DNA of 64,000 nucleotides from Candidatus Aldehydirespirator sp. (GTDB lineage Bacteria; Actinomycetota; Acidimicrobiia; Acidimicrobiales; Aldehydirespiratoraceae): NCBI GenBank assembly GCA_965220345.1, contig OZ244822.1, positions 1,980,070 to 2,044,069 of the forward strand, read 5' to 3'. Shown piece by piece: positions 55,247 to 64,000 of this stretch (position 1 is its first letter; each line of letters starts with the position of its first letter). The notes under the pieces were generated by a model. It saw only the letters and a program-made list of their open reading frames with translations, ran no database searches and was not told where the DNA came from. The position numbers and the translations under genes were made by a program.

Positions 55247-56140
55247 ATGAGCACGATCTTGGGCAGCGCAGCCGGTTTGTTGGTTTCGATTCCTAGCCCG
55301 TCACGCAATTCGCTAGAGATTGGCCCGCTTGAGTTGCGTGCCTACGGAGCGATGATCGCTTTAGGCGTGGTTGCTGCTGTCTGGATGTCGCGCCGTCGTT
55401 GGCAGTCCCGAGGAAACGACCCCGAACAAATCAGCCGTATTGCTACGCGAGCGGTGCCTGCTGGACTGATTGGGGCTCGGCTTTATCATGTCATCACCGA
55501 CTGGCGACGCTTCGCGGACGCGGGCTGGCTTGAAGCTTTGGCCATCTGGGAGGGAGGTCTGGGCATCCCTGGCGGTATGGCGGCCGGGATCTTGACAGGG
55601 CTTTGGGTGATACGTCGTCAAGGCATGGACCGTGGTGAAACCCTCGCGGCGGTAGTGCCGTCGCTGCCTTTAGCGCAGGCCATTGGACGTCTCGGTAACT
55701 GGTTCAACCAGGAACTCTATGGTTCACCCACAGACCTGCCGTGGGGTTTGGAAATCGACGAAGCGCACCGCCCCGCTGCTTATCTTGAAACCGAAACTTT
55801 TCATCCGACTTTCTTGTATGAGGCGGTCTGGAATCTGCTGCTGTGCGTTGTTCTGGTGGTGATAGATCGCAGACGTTTGCAGCGCAGCAATCCTGGGTTG
55901 ATCAGCGATCCGCGTCATGTCAACAGACCCGGTTCGATTTTGGCGGTTTATGTGCTTGGCTACGGTCTCGGACGGCTTTGGATAGAGGCTCTGCGAATAG
56001 ACACGGCCAGCTTGCTGCTTGGGCTACGAGTCAACATCTGGATGAGTATGGTGCTGATCGTGGCCGGAGGTTTATATCTATTGATCATGCGGGGCAGACC
56101 CGAACGCAAATCTGGGCGTGATCCAGTTCTGCCGCTGTAG
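55247..56140 (+). CDS. lgt: Prolipoprotein diacylglyceryl transferase
   Basis: 'WEGGLGIPGG', 'GRLGNWFNQELYG.PT.LPWG' and 'HPTFLYE' are present. Confidence 0.9.
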   Translation: MSTILGSAAGLLVSIPSPSRNSLEIGPLELRAYGAMIALGVVAAVWMSRRRWQSRGNDPEQISRIATRAVPAGLIGARLYHVITDWRRFADAGWLEALAIWEGGLGIPGGMAAGILTGLWVIRRQGMDRGETLAAVVPSLPLAQAIGRLGNWFNQELYGSPTDLPWGLEIDEAHRPAAYLETETFHPTFLYEAVWNLLLCVVLVVIDRRRLQRSNPGLISDPRHVNRPGSILAVYVLGYGLGRLWIEALRIDTASLLLGLRVNIWMSMVLIVAGGLYLLIMRGRPERKSGRDPVLPL

Positions 56141-56164
56141 CTGAGCTGCGGGCTTGCGCCTGTT

Positions 56165-57022
56165 TTAGAAACCGCGCAGCGGCAGTTCGTCCCCTCGCTG
56201 TAGCCAGTTGTCGGCCAGATACTCGCTGCAGCCGTCAATGAGATGAAGCGTGTAAGCGTGACGACTTTGCTTTGATGTGTTGGCGGCGCTGTAATGCGGC
56301 AGAGTGCCATGCAAAGCGATCAAAGTCCCGGCGGGGGCTTCCAAAGGAACCAGATCATCAAGCGGATATGGCGTGTCATCCAAAGTGTCGGTCACTGTCC
56401 CGAGGCTGCGATCAGCTGGGTTGATTAGCCGAAAACGGGTTTTTGCTGCGATACGGTGACCTCCCGGTATCGCCCACAGACAACCATTGTCGACGGTGGC
56501 ATCCTCAATAGCGAACCAGAGCCCGATCACGCTTTGAGGCTCGGTCCACAAAAAACTGTGATCGCAGTGGCATATCACTTCGCCACCGATACCAGGCTGT
56601 TTGAAGATGTACATTGATTGCAGCAGCTTCGGGTCTTTCATTCCCAGGTCTGTAGCTAGCGATGCCAACTCCGGCGCACGCGAGAACTCATCAAACACTG
56701 GATCAAGGTCATGCATGGCATGCCCGAGTTTGTTGACCGCAAGTGGCAAAGGACGGGTCAGGTGCCCGTCAACGACAGCACCGTCCTCAAAGAACCAGCG
56801 AACTGTGTGACCCGAGCCGAGGAACCAGTCGTCTTGAGCGTGACTCTGCTCAGTGGTCGAAAAAACCGTCAAACCACCGTTGCTGTCGTTGTTGGGGTTA
56901 ATGCCTGCTAGCAGTTTGCCGACATGAGATTTGAGCGCTTCGCAACGTTGGCGAGGCACAAGATCAGTCAGCTTCAAAAAGCCGTCACGCTGCCAGTCAG
57001 TTAATTGTGTTTGAGTCAGCAT
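56165..57022 (-). CDS. Phytanoyl-CoA dioxygenase (PhyH) family Fe(II)/2-oxoglutarate oxygenase
   Basis: The N-terminus reads 'W.RDGFLKL'. 'CHCDHSF' supplies H.D, and 'LHG.LPH.S..N.S...R.AY.LH' is present. ATG 57022 lies 2 nt after the upstream permease stop. Confidence 0.7.
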   Translation of the reverse strand: MLTQTQLTDWQRDGFLKLTDLVPRQRCEALKSHVGKLLAGINPNNDSNGGLTVFSTTEQSHAQDDWFLGSGHTVRWFFEDGAVVDGHLTRPLPLAVNKLGHAMHDLDPVFDEFSRAPELASLATDLGMKDPKLLQSMYIFKQPGIGGEVICHCDHSFLWTEPQSVIGLWFAIEDATVDNGCLWAIPGGHRIAAKTRFRLINPADRSLGTVTDTLDDTPYPLDDLVPLEAPAGTLIALHGTLPHYSAANTSKQSRHAYTLHLIDGCSEYLADNWLQRGDELPLRGF

Positions 57023-57024
57023 CG

Positions 57025-58287
57025 CTATGACTCTCCCTTTCGGTAAGCGATTCCAGCTGCTCGAGGCATCCGCAAACGTTGCGAGAAGAAGATCAGCACC
57101 ACCAACACGATCACATAAGGAAGAATCGAAATCCACCAGTCAGGCACCGTCGAAGACAAGAAATACCACAAGGCTGCGCCCAGCCCGAGCACAGCAGCTA
57201 GTGCAGCATCCACACGTCTGCGTCGGTTGAGCGCCCAGGCAATGACAGCAACCAGAGCAATAGTGTTAACCAGAAGCAGAGCGTGTGATGCCGAACCGTC
57301 AAGGTCGCGCAAGCCCACACCGAACGGGTAGCCAAAAAGCAGTGCTGCGCCCATGATCCCGCCGGGACGCCAGTTACCGATAATCACTGCCGCCAAAGCA
57401 ATAAAGCCGCGCCCGTTGGTTTGACCTTCGAGATAAATCCCCGAAAGCTCTGGGCTGGCAATGAAGGAGCCGCCGAGCCCAGCTAAGGCTCCGCTGATTA
57501 TTACGGCGATGTATTTGTAGAGATAAATATTGATGCCTTGCGTTTCGCCACCGATGGGATGTTCACCGCAGATCCGCAGTCGCAGTCCGAAACGGGTGCG
57601 CCAGATCAGCCAAGCACTGAAAGGCACCAAAGCGAAAGCAATCATTGTTGCTAGTGACAACTGTGCTACCAGCCCCCGCGCCATTCCAGTGAGATCAGAC
57701 ACGAAGAACCAGTCTTTGCGAGTAAACCAGCCGAGAATATCGGGGGTGTCCCAGCCGAAAAGATCGCCACCAGCTAGGAACGGAAACGTGAACTTGCCTT
57801 GTCCAGGGGTGCGCGGCGACTGCGTAATAGAGCCGCCCTCAATGTTGATGAAAACCTCTGATGACAAGAATCTCGCCAGGCCGGGCGCGGTTACGTTGAT
57901 AGCGACTCCGGAGATGATTTGATCAATCCCGAAAGTCACGGTAGCGACTGCGTGAACCAGCCCGCCGAGAGCGCCGCCCGCCATACCGATAAGCAGCCCA
58001 GCCCAGCCTCCGTATGTGACCGCGCCCCAAGCGCCGAACCAAGTGCCCAGAACCAGCATCCCTTCAAGGCCGATATTGACGATCCCGGCACGCTCACAGA
58101 ACATTCCACCGAGTCCCGCTAGCAGTATCGGCACCGCCCAGCGCAGCATGGCCTGCGATGATGTGACAGCTGTGAGCCGTTCAGTGTCGTCGAAGCCTTG
58201 AACTACGGTCAGCACCAGCACGCCGATCGCCGCGTAGATCATCCAGCGAAGCCAGATCGGCTGTTTATGAAGCACCGACAGCATCAC
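57025..58287 (-). CDS. ABC transporter permease (BMP/nucleoside-type uptake system B)
   Basis: The ORF encodes a 420-aa polytopic membrane protein. It is paralogous in arrangement to 47327-48283. Confidence 0.8.
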   Translation of the reverse strand: MMLSVLHKQPIWLRWMIYAAIGVLVLTVVQGFDDTERLTAVTSSQAMLRWAVPILLAGLGGMFCERAGIVNIGLEGMLVLGTWFGAWGAVTYGGWAGLLIGMAGGALGGLVHAVATVTFGIDQIISGVAINVTAPGLARFLSSEVFINIEGGSITQSPRTPGQGKFTFPFLAGGDLFGWDTPDILGWFTRKDWFFVSDLTGMARGLVAQLSLATMIAFALVPFSAWLIWRTRFGLRLRICGEHPIGGETQGINIYLYKYIAVIISGALAGLGGSFIASPELSGIYLEGQTNGRGFIALAAVIIGNWRPGGIMGAALLFGYPFGVGLRDLDGSASHALLLVNTIALVAVIAWALNRRRRVDAALAAVLGLGAALWYFLSSTVPDWWISILPYVIVLVVLIFFSQRLRMPRAAGIAYRKGES

Positions 58288-59453
58288 ACTGACACTCCTG
58301 CAGGAGTCGGTGGATTATCTGAAGGCTCAGATGGTGAAGGCTGCTCAGTCATCGCCGCGGCTGCCGCAGCAGCCTCATCACGTTCACGGATGCGGCGCAC
58401 TACCTCATAGGCAATGACCGCAGTGACGATAATCACGCCTTTCATGATCTCTACGATTTCGCGTGAGGCAGCACCGGTTACTTGCAGGATCCCTGATGAA
58501 ACATCCAGGAAAGAGAAGATCACAGCGGCCACAGCCACCCCGACAGGATGATTGCGTCCTAGCAGCGCCACAGCAATCCCTAAGAAACCTAGACCGCTGA
58601 CTGGATTGGACGGGTAATAGCCGGAGTCCATTAGTTCGGGCATGCCCACTAGCCCCGCTACTACACCCGACAAAACGATGGCGATCACGATCATGCGTTT
58701 GGGTGACACTCCGCCGACATGTGATGCGTGTTGGTTGGCACCGCTCGAACGCAGGTCGAAACCCAGAACCGTGTGAGTCAAAAGAATGTGATAAAGCACC
58801 CCGACCACCACCGCCACGATCAGCATTCCGGTTAGTTCTTTGCCGAAACCGATCTCGCGGGTGAAGACTTCCAGCCAGGAGTTGATGTCGGGCATCAGCC
58901 TGCTTTCGTCAATGGGTTGTGTGCCGACACGGCCTCCAGTGGCCGAGATTTCGCCCCCGGCTTGCCATTCCACAATCCACCAGGCAGCCAAACCCGAGAT
59001 CACCACTGCATTGAGCATGATCGTGGAGATCACCTCATTGACCCCGCGGGCTACTTTCAGCACTCCGGCCACACCCGCGAAAGCGCCGCCCACCACCATG
59101 GCGATCACCAGGATGTAGGCAATGTGAAGCACCTGCGGTAGTTCCACCTGAGCGCCGAGATGTGCAGCAACGATGAACGCCAGCAGATACTGGCCTTCCA
59201 CACCGATATTGAAAAGGTTCATCTTGAAACCGATAGCCACAGCCACACCAGCTAAATACAGAGGAGTAGCACGGTTGAAGATGTCAACTTGGGTTTCGAG
59301 TTTGCTGCCGTGTTCGAGCATGTCTAAATAGGCCGTTATGGGGTTGCTTCCCGCTATCAGCAGCACGATCGCTGACAACGCTACGGCTATGACCAGAGCC
59401 GACACCGGCGCTGCTGCGGCCAATATCAGCCGCCGAGTTATCCGCTCGTTCAC
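58284..59453 (-). CDS. ABC transporter permease (system B)
   Basis: The ORF encodes a 389-aa polytopic membrane protein. It overlaps the downstream gene. Confidence 0.8.
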   Translation of the reverse strand: MNERITRRLILAAAAPVSALVIAVALSAIVLLIAGSNPITAYLDMLEHGSKLETQVDIFNRATPLYLAGVAVAIGFKMNLFNIGVEGQYLLAFIVAAHLGAQVELPQVLHIAYILVIAMVVGGAFAGVAGVLKVARGVNEVISTIMLNAVVISGLAAWWIVEWQAGGEISATGGRVGTQPIDESRLMPDINSWLEVFTREIGFGKELTGMLIVAVVVGVLYHILLTHTVLGFDLRSSGANQHASHVGGVSPKRMIVIAIVLSGVVAGLVGMPELMDSGYYPSNPVSGLGFLGIAVALLGRNHPVGVAVAAVIFSFLDVSSGILQVTGAASREIVEIMKGVIIVTAVIAYEVVRRIRERDEAAAAAAAMTEQPSPSEPSDNPPTPAGVSV

Positions 59454-59528
59454 TGAGCGAAACCTTGATATGTGTAGCAGTGTTGCGTGATCAAGTGTCC
59501 AGCCAAAGATCGTGTGGTCATGAAATCT

Positions 59529-61139
59529 TCAGCCACTGCTAACAACTTTTTCGGTTTCGAGAGCAGCACCGGTCATGTATGTCCCCAAATCTCTCGGGGT
59601 GATGTCGTTAGGGTCAAGGCGAGCCACGAGACGACCCCGCAGCATTACCACAATCGTGTCCGACAAACCGATGAGCTCTTCAAGATCAGCTGACACTAGA
59701 AGAGTCGCTAAACCTTTGGCTCGGGCTTCGCGGATATGCTCCCATACCGCGGCTTGGGCACCGACATCAATGCCTCGGGTGGGGTGATTAGCGATGAACA
59801 CCGCCGGATCAGCAACCATCTCACGTCCTACAATCAGCTTTTGCTGGTTGCCTCCCGATAAGGCATGAGCCGACAAGTCAATGTTTGGGGTACGCACATC
59901 GAACTGAGATTTGATTTGCTCGGCACGTTTGCGCATACCGTCACGGCTTAGCCATAGCCCACGAGAGTAAGGTGCTTCGGTTTGATGGCCGAGGGTGCCG
60001 TTCTCCCAGAGGCTAAAACCGAGTAACAAACCATCGCGATGACGGTCTTGGGGCACGTAACCCAAACCCAGTTCGCGCCGGCTGCGCACCGAAGCGCTAG
60101 TTATGTCACAGCCCAGCATTTTGATACTGCCCTGATCGCTTGGGGCGGTACCGATGATTGCGTTGACCAGTTCGGCCTGACCGTTGCCTTCGACTCCAGC
60201 AACACCCACAATCTCACCGAGATGAACCGTCAGGTTCACATCGTCAACAACAGGGCGATCGGCTTCGCCCAATACTCTCAGTCCCGAGATTTCGAGGGCG
60301 GCATCGTTGGTGACGGTTGAAGCTCCAGCATCAGGCTTAGGCAGTTCTGAGCCAATCATCATCTCGGCTAGGTCGCGAGCTGTCACCTCATCAGGCTTGA
60401 CCGTGCCGACCGTGCGGCCCTGGCGTAGCACCGTGATCGTGTCGGCGATCTCCAAGACCTCATCAAGCTTGTGATCAATGAACAAAATGGTGGTGCCAGC
60501 GGCTTTGAGTTCACGAATATTTGAGAACAGCTCATCCACTTCCTGAGGAACCAGCACTGCGGTGGGTTCATCAAGGATCAGGATTTTGGCTCCCCGGAAC
60601 AGCACTTTGATGATCTCAACCCGTTGACGTTCGCCGACCTCCAAGGTCTCTACAAAGTCGTTGGCGTTTATGTCGAGTCCGTAGGCTTGGCTCACCTCAT
60701 CAAGATGAGCGCGTCCAGCGTTGAAATCAATCCGCCCGAACGACAGTGTCGGCTCGGCACCGAGAATCACGTTCTCCAGCACAGTTAGATGATCGGCCAG
60801 CATGAAATGCTGATGCACCATGCCGATTCCGAGTTCGATTGCTTGCGCTGGTGAATGAAGATCCGCCTCGGCACCCGAGATCTTGATGACGCCAGAGTCG
60901 GGTGGCTGCATTCCGTAGAGAATCTTCATCAAGGTCGATTTGCCAGCACCGTTCTCGCCGCAGATGGCATGGATCTCGCCTTCAGCCACGGCGAGGTTGA
61001 TGTTGTCGTTGGCTACAACACCAGGGAAGCGCTTGGTAATACCCGTCAACTCAATAGCTGGCGCTGTGGTCGGCTTAGATGCCGGTGTTGTTTCCGGCTC
61101 TGTCACCGATTCTGAGTCTGGCGCTGTGGCCTGCGACAC
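59529..61139 (-). CDS. ABC transporter ATP-binding protein with duplicated ATPase domains (system B)
   Basis: 'GENGAGKST', 'LEVGERQRVEI' and 'LSGGNQQK' are present. The protein is 536 aa. Confidence 0.9.
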   Translation of the reverse strand: MSQATAPDSESVTEPETTPASKPTTAPAIELTGITKRFPGVVANDNINLAVAEGEIHAICGENGAGKSTLMKILYGMQPPDSGVIKISGAEADLHSPAQAIELGIGMVHQHFMLADHLTVLENVILGAEPTLSFGRIDFNAGRAHLDEVSQAYGLDINANDFVETLEVGERQRVEIIKVLFRGAKILILDEPTAVLVPQEVDELFSNIRELKAAGTTILFIDHKLDEVLEIADTITVLRQGRTVGTVKPDEVTARDLAEMMIGSELPKPDAGASTVTNDAALEISGLRVLGEADRPVVDDVNLTVHLGEIVGVAGVEGNGQAELVNAIIGTAPSDQGSIKMLGCDITSASVRSRRELGLGYVPQDRHRDGLLLGFSLWENGTLGHQTEAPYSRGLWLSRDGMRKRAEQIKSQFDVRTPNIDLSAHALSGGNQQKLIVGREMVADPAVFIANHPTRGIDVGAQAAVWEHIREARAKGLATLLVSADLEELIGLSDTIVVMLRGRLVARLDPNDITPRDLGTYMTGAALETEKVVSSG

Positions 61140-61375
61140 ACGGCCTCCCTAATGAAACGCTAGTAACGCTAGTGAAAAGTGGACGCTAGCGAACACTACA
61201 CACTGTGGGCATAGCCGAAGATGGACAGACATGTCTGCCCGAACCTGCCGGACGCGGCGAACGGGCCGGACAATAGCCCGACCCGTTCGCGTAGTGACAA
61301 ATCGCACTGTGAGCAACTGTTCTCGACGTAATGCCGATACAGCGCAAGCACGGTTCTCGTTGATTGGCGCGGTCT

Positions 61376-62620
61376 TTAGGGCTCGCGTGGAACCACGATC
61401 TCACCAGAGATGATCTGTTCGCGGTAGGCCTCTAGTTGATCGGCAATGTCGTCAACGTAGCCGCCTGAGGTGCTGTAGCCGACCCCGTCAACCGAAAGGT
61501 CATAGGCGGTCGGGCCTGGAACCATATTTCCTTCGATCACCGACTTGATCATCTCAAAGATCGAGGAGTCCACCCTCTTAAGCATCGAAGTCAGGATGTA
61601 TTCACGCACTCCAGGGTCAGCGGTCAGATACTGGTCGGAGTCAACACCGATAGCCCAAACCTTTGATCCAGTGGCTTCGGTCTGCTCTTGAGCAGCTTGG
61701 AAAAGTCCTGCGCCTGTGCCGCCAGCAGCGTGATAAATGATGTCGGCACCTTCTTCATACATGGCCAGCGCAATCTCTTTGCCGCGGTCAGGCGAGTTGA
61801 AACCGTCCATGTCGGGTGCCTGGGTGACGTAGTCGCCGATGATCTCGATGTCGGGGTTGACGGCGCGAGCACCAGCGTTGTAACCGGCTTCGAAGCGCTC
61901 AATCAGGCCTCCAACGTTTTGCACTCCGCCTATGAAGCCAATGGTTCCAGTCTGAGTTTTCAGCGCTGCAGCTGCACCCACTAGGAACGAACCTTCATGC
62001 TCGGCGAAAACCAGTCCGGCAATATTGTCGGCGTAAGGTGCTGGGGGATCAGCGCTGAAATCAAGCATTCCTGAGTCAACCACACCAAACATGGTGTCAG
62101 GGTTCTCAGGGCCGACCGTTGCGGCTGCGCTCTCATACAAGAAACCGACACCCACAACAATGTCGTGCTCGCTGGCGGCGAGCTGCATGATTTCTTCACG
62201 GTTCGATCCGTCAGGCTCGGGCGATGCTTCGGTGAAAGTGATCCCGAGTTCGGCTGCTGCTCGTTCAATACCTGCAGCTGCGGAATCGTTGAACGACTGG
62301 TCGCCTCGTCCGCCGATGTCATACACCAAGCCAACAGTGGGGAGATCCATCATCATCTCCGGCTCGGTCATCTCATCTGTGGCCTCGTCTTCGTGCTCAT
62401 GGTCTTCGTCTTCGTGATCATGATCGGAGTGGTCGTCGTCGGAGTGCTCCTCTTCGGGTTCGGCCATCTCCTCCTCGGGTTCGGCCATCTCCTCCTCGGA
62501 CTCTTCAGCCACAGGGGCAGGATTACTGACCGTCTCTTCGTCGTCATCGTCTCCGCAGGCTGCTGCGAGCAGAGCGAACGCTAAAAGGATTGAGGTCAGC
62601 GCAAACAGGCGCTTTAGCAT
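61376..62620 (-). CDS. BMP-family substrate-binding lipoprotein with long acidic/His-rich linker (system B)
   Basis: GGAGGA lies upstream of ATG 62620. The signal peptide and lipobox read 'MLKRLFALTSILLAFALLAAACGDDDDE'. The linker reads 'EEEMAEPEEEMAEPEEEHSDDDHSDHDHEDEDHEHEDE'. Confidence 0.8.
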   Translation of the reverse strand: MLKRLFALTSILLAFALLAAACGDDDDEETVSNPAPVAEESEEEMAEPEEEMAEPEEEHSDDDHSDHDHEDEDHEHEDEATDEMTEPEMMMDLPTVGLVYDIGGRGDQSFNDSAAAGIERAAAELGITFTEASPEPDGSNREEIMQLAASEHDIVVGVGFLYESAAATVGPENPDTMFGVVDSGMLDFSADPPAPYADNIAGLVFAEHEGSFLVGAAAALKTQTGTIGFIGGVQNVGGLIERFEAGYNAGARAVNPDIEIIGDYVTQAPDMDGFNSPDRGKEIALAMYEEGADIIYHAAGGTGAGLFQAAQEQTEATGSKVWAIGVDSDQYLTADPGVREYILTSMLKRVDSSIFEMIKSVIEGNMVPGPTAYDLSVDGVGYSTSGGYVDDIADQLEAYREQIISGEIVVPREP

Positions 62621-62698
62621 TATTGATTCCTCCAGGGGTTTTGGTTTGGACATTTTTTGTCTGGACAGTGTTGTATACCGTCGATATTAGTGGGCGCG

Positions 62699-63124
62699 TC
62701 AACTCTTATGCATTCGACTCAGCCGATGCCGGTTAGCGGCCACCCAAGAGTATGCCGGTTCTGCTAGCCAAGATACGGGAGGGTGGATCAGCACCCGTCC
62801 GACTAATGCCCAACTCCCGCCCGCAGCTATCAGAGAACGTCCGATTGCTTGCGCTCCGCTTGATTTTTTGATTTTGCTGGCATCAAGGTCTGCGAGATGG
62901 TCGAGATTGTGAAGCTCAGCGTTCTCGGAGTTTTTGTTCTCAAAGTCTGTGTCTGTGCCTTCGATCCACCAGACCGAGGTCTGCACGTCGGCTTCGTTGA
63001 GCCCTAGCCGCTCAAGCGCGACTTCCTGCCACGGCTCGACCCTGGCAGTAGCAGGCAGGCGGGCCCGTATCCAAGCCGCTGAGCGGATACAGAAGTCGCA
63101 CTGGCCGTCGTAGATCAGCAACAT
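62699..63124 (-). CDS. DCC-family thiol-disulfide oxidoreductase (DUF393-like)
   Basis: 'MLLIYDGQCDFC' follows ATG 63124. The ORF stays open upstream to 63235, so the start is uncertain. Confidence 0.6.
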   Translation of the reverse strand: MLLIYDGQCDFCIRSAAWIRARLPATARVEPWQEVALERLGLNEADVQTSVWWIEGTDTDFENKNSENAELHNLDHLADLDASKIKKSSGAQAIGRSLIAAGGSWALVGRVLIHPPVSWLAEPAYSWVAANRHRLSRMHKS

Positions 63125-63252
63125 CAGGGCAAGTTTGCCAGTGCAGGCCGTGCTAGAGGTGGACAAGTTCCTCATTCCAACGATTTGTTGAGGAGACTGC
63201 GCTAGGGAGGACTGCATAGTCAATAGTCGCTGCATGGCGTTAGCCTGATGTT

Positions 63253-63342
63253 ATGTCCAAGCGCACCAGCAAGCGTCGTGCCAAAGCTCGCCGGTCGAAG
63301 GCGAACCACGGACGCAAACCCAACGTCGGCCGCAACAGCTAA
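63253..63342 (+). CDS. 29-aa basic micro-protein resembling actinobacterial ribosomal protein bL37
   Basis: The product is MSKRTSKRRAKARRSKANHGRKPNVGRNS, with TAA at 63340-63342. It matches my recollection of the 'MAKRGRKKR..K..KANHGKRPN' pattern. It is not in the ORF track. Confidence 0.6.
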   Translation: MSKRTSKRRAKARRSKANHGRKPNVGRNS

Positions 63343-63378
63343 CACGACCCGAGAAGCTTCCACAACTCAAGTTTTTCT

Positions 63379-64000
63379 GTGCAACGATTCGGCTTTGTAG
63401 GGCTGCCTAACTCGGGAAAAACCTCACTGCACAACGCATTGGCTGGCACAGACGCGGTCGCGGCACGTCACGCCTTCTCCACCAAGACCGCCAACGTGGG
63501 GGTGGCTCGGGTTGCTGATGAGCGTCTTGACGCGTTGGCGGAAATGAGTCGAAGCCGTCGCACTGTTTATGCCACGGTGCAGTTCACTGACATCGGTGGG
63601 CTGGTGTCGGGTTCCAACCGTGGAGAAGGGCTCGGCAACGCTTTCCTCGGCCATATCCGCGACACCGATGCCATCGTCTACGTGCTGCGAGCTTTTGTCG
63701 ACACAGACATTGACGGCGACGACAACCCGCTCAACAGCCTGCAAGTGCTCGAAACTGAGCTTGCGCTGGCAGATCTCGAAAGCGCCTCTCGTCAGCTCGA
63801 CAAGCTCACCCGCGCAGCAAAGGGCGATCCCTCAAAGCGCGCCGAGTGCGACCTTCTGGCTGCGGCGACCGAAGCACTCTCAGACGGTGTGCCGCTTTAC
63901 CGAGCCGATCTCGACTCCGACACTCGGGCTGGGCTTCGCCCGTATTTCATGATCACCAACAAGCCGGTTCTGGCTGTGGTGAATATCGGCGAGGATCAGA
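63379..64000 (+). CDS. ychF: Redox-regulated ATPase YchF (3' end outside the window)
   Basis: GTG 63379 gives 'VQRFGFVGLPNSGKTSLHNALAG' (P-loop). 'FTDIGGLV.G...GEGLGN.FL.HIR..DAIV.VLR' follows, and the frame is open to the window end. The ORFs listed for this region in the track are in other frames. Confidence 0.85.
   Translation, partial: MQRFGFVGLPNSGKTSLHNALAGTDAVAARHAFSTKTANVGVARVADERLDALAEMSRSRRTVYATVQFTDIGGLVSGSNRGEGLGNAFLGHIRDTDAIVYVLRAFVDTDIDGDDNPLNSLQVLETELALADLESASRQLDKLTRAAKGDPSKRAECDLLAAATEALSDGVPLYRADLDSDTRAGLRPYFMITNKPVLAVVNIGEDQ

Noticed and set aside
63424-63952. The track lists ORFs 63424-63744 (-) and 63569-63952 (+) in this region.
   Set aside because: The third frame, starting at GTG 63379 and open to the window end, encodes an unmistakable YchF P-loop GTPase/ATPase. 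The listed ORFs are off-frame shadows of it.

Overview
The window looks like an actinobacterial-type chromosome segment. Supporting signs are a bL37-type ribosomal micro-gene, a mycothiol/DinB-type TIGR03084-like enzyme, a MenJ-like reductase, frequent GTG/TTG starts and ATGA/GTGA stop-start overlaps. No rRNA, tRNA, CRISPR array, integrase or transposase was recognised.

From about 30 kb to 64 kb the content is ordinary metabolism and transport:
- beta-carbonic anhydrase
- a biotin-dependent acyl-CoA carboxylase cluster with AtuA-like, TIGR03084-like and enoyl-CoA hydratase genes
- PEP carboxylase, geranylgeranyl reductase, Ung, Lgt, a FadE-type acyl-CoA dehydrogenase and YchF
- two paralogous BMP-family ABC uptake operons

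The first 30 kb holds the accessory and unusual content:
1. A more than 2176-aa surface protein, cut by the window edge, with Calx-beta-like arrays and six Cys-containing SLH-like domains. It is followed by tandemly duplicated stop-containing 15-mers.
2. A membrane-anchored protein built from 33-bp coding repeats.
3. A 2.07-kb mini-island bounded by a perfect 45-bp direct repeat that duplicates the 3' end of an FMN-dependent dehydrogenase gene. It carries only an ABC/AAA_15-21-type ATPase and a DUF4276/Toprim-like partner, which makes it a candidate uncharacterised two-gene defence module.
4. A circularly permuted ATP-grasp / alpha-E / transglutaminase operon.
5. An NHLP-type export set (HlyD-like protein, C39-peptidase ABC transporter, second ABC transporter) followed by a 57-aa ORF absent from the ORF track. 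This ORF has a textbook double-glycine leader and a very hydrophilic Arg-rich core.
6. A C5-cytosine methyltransferase, a 63-aa stub of an overlapping ORF, and a 1117-aa PLD-nuclease/SNF2-helicase fusion. The two large genes are each preceded by a copy of the same 32-bp element.

All family assignments rest on motifs read by eye, not on database searches.
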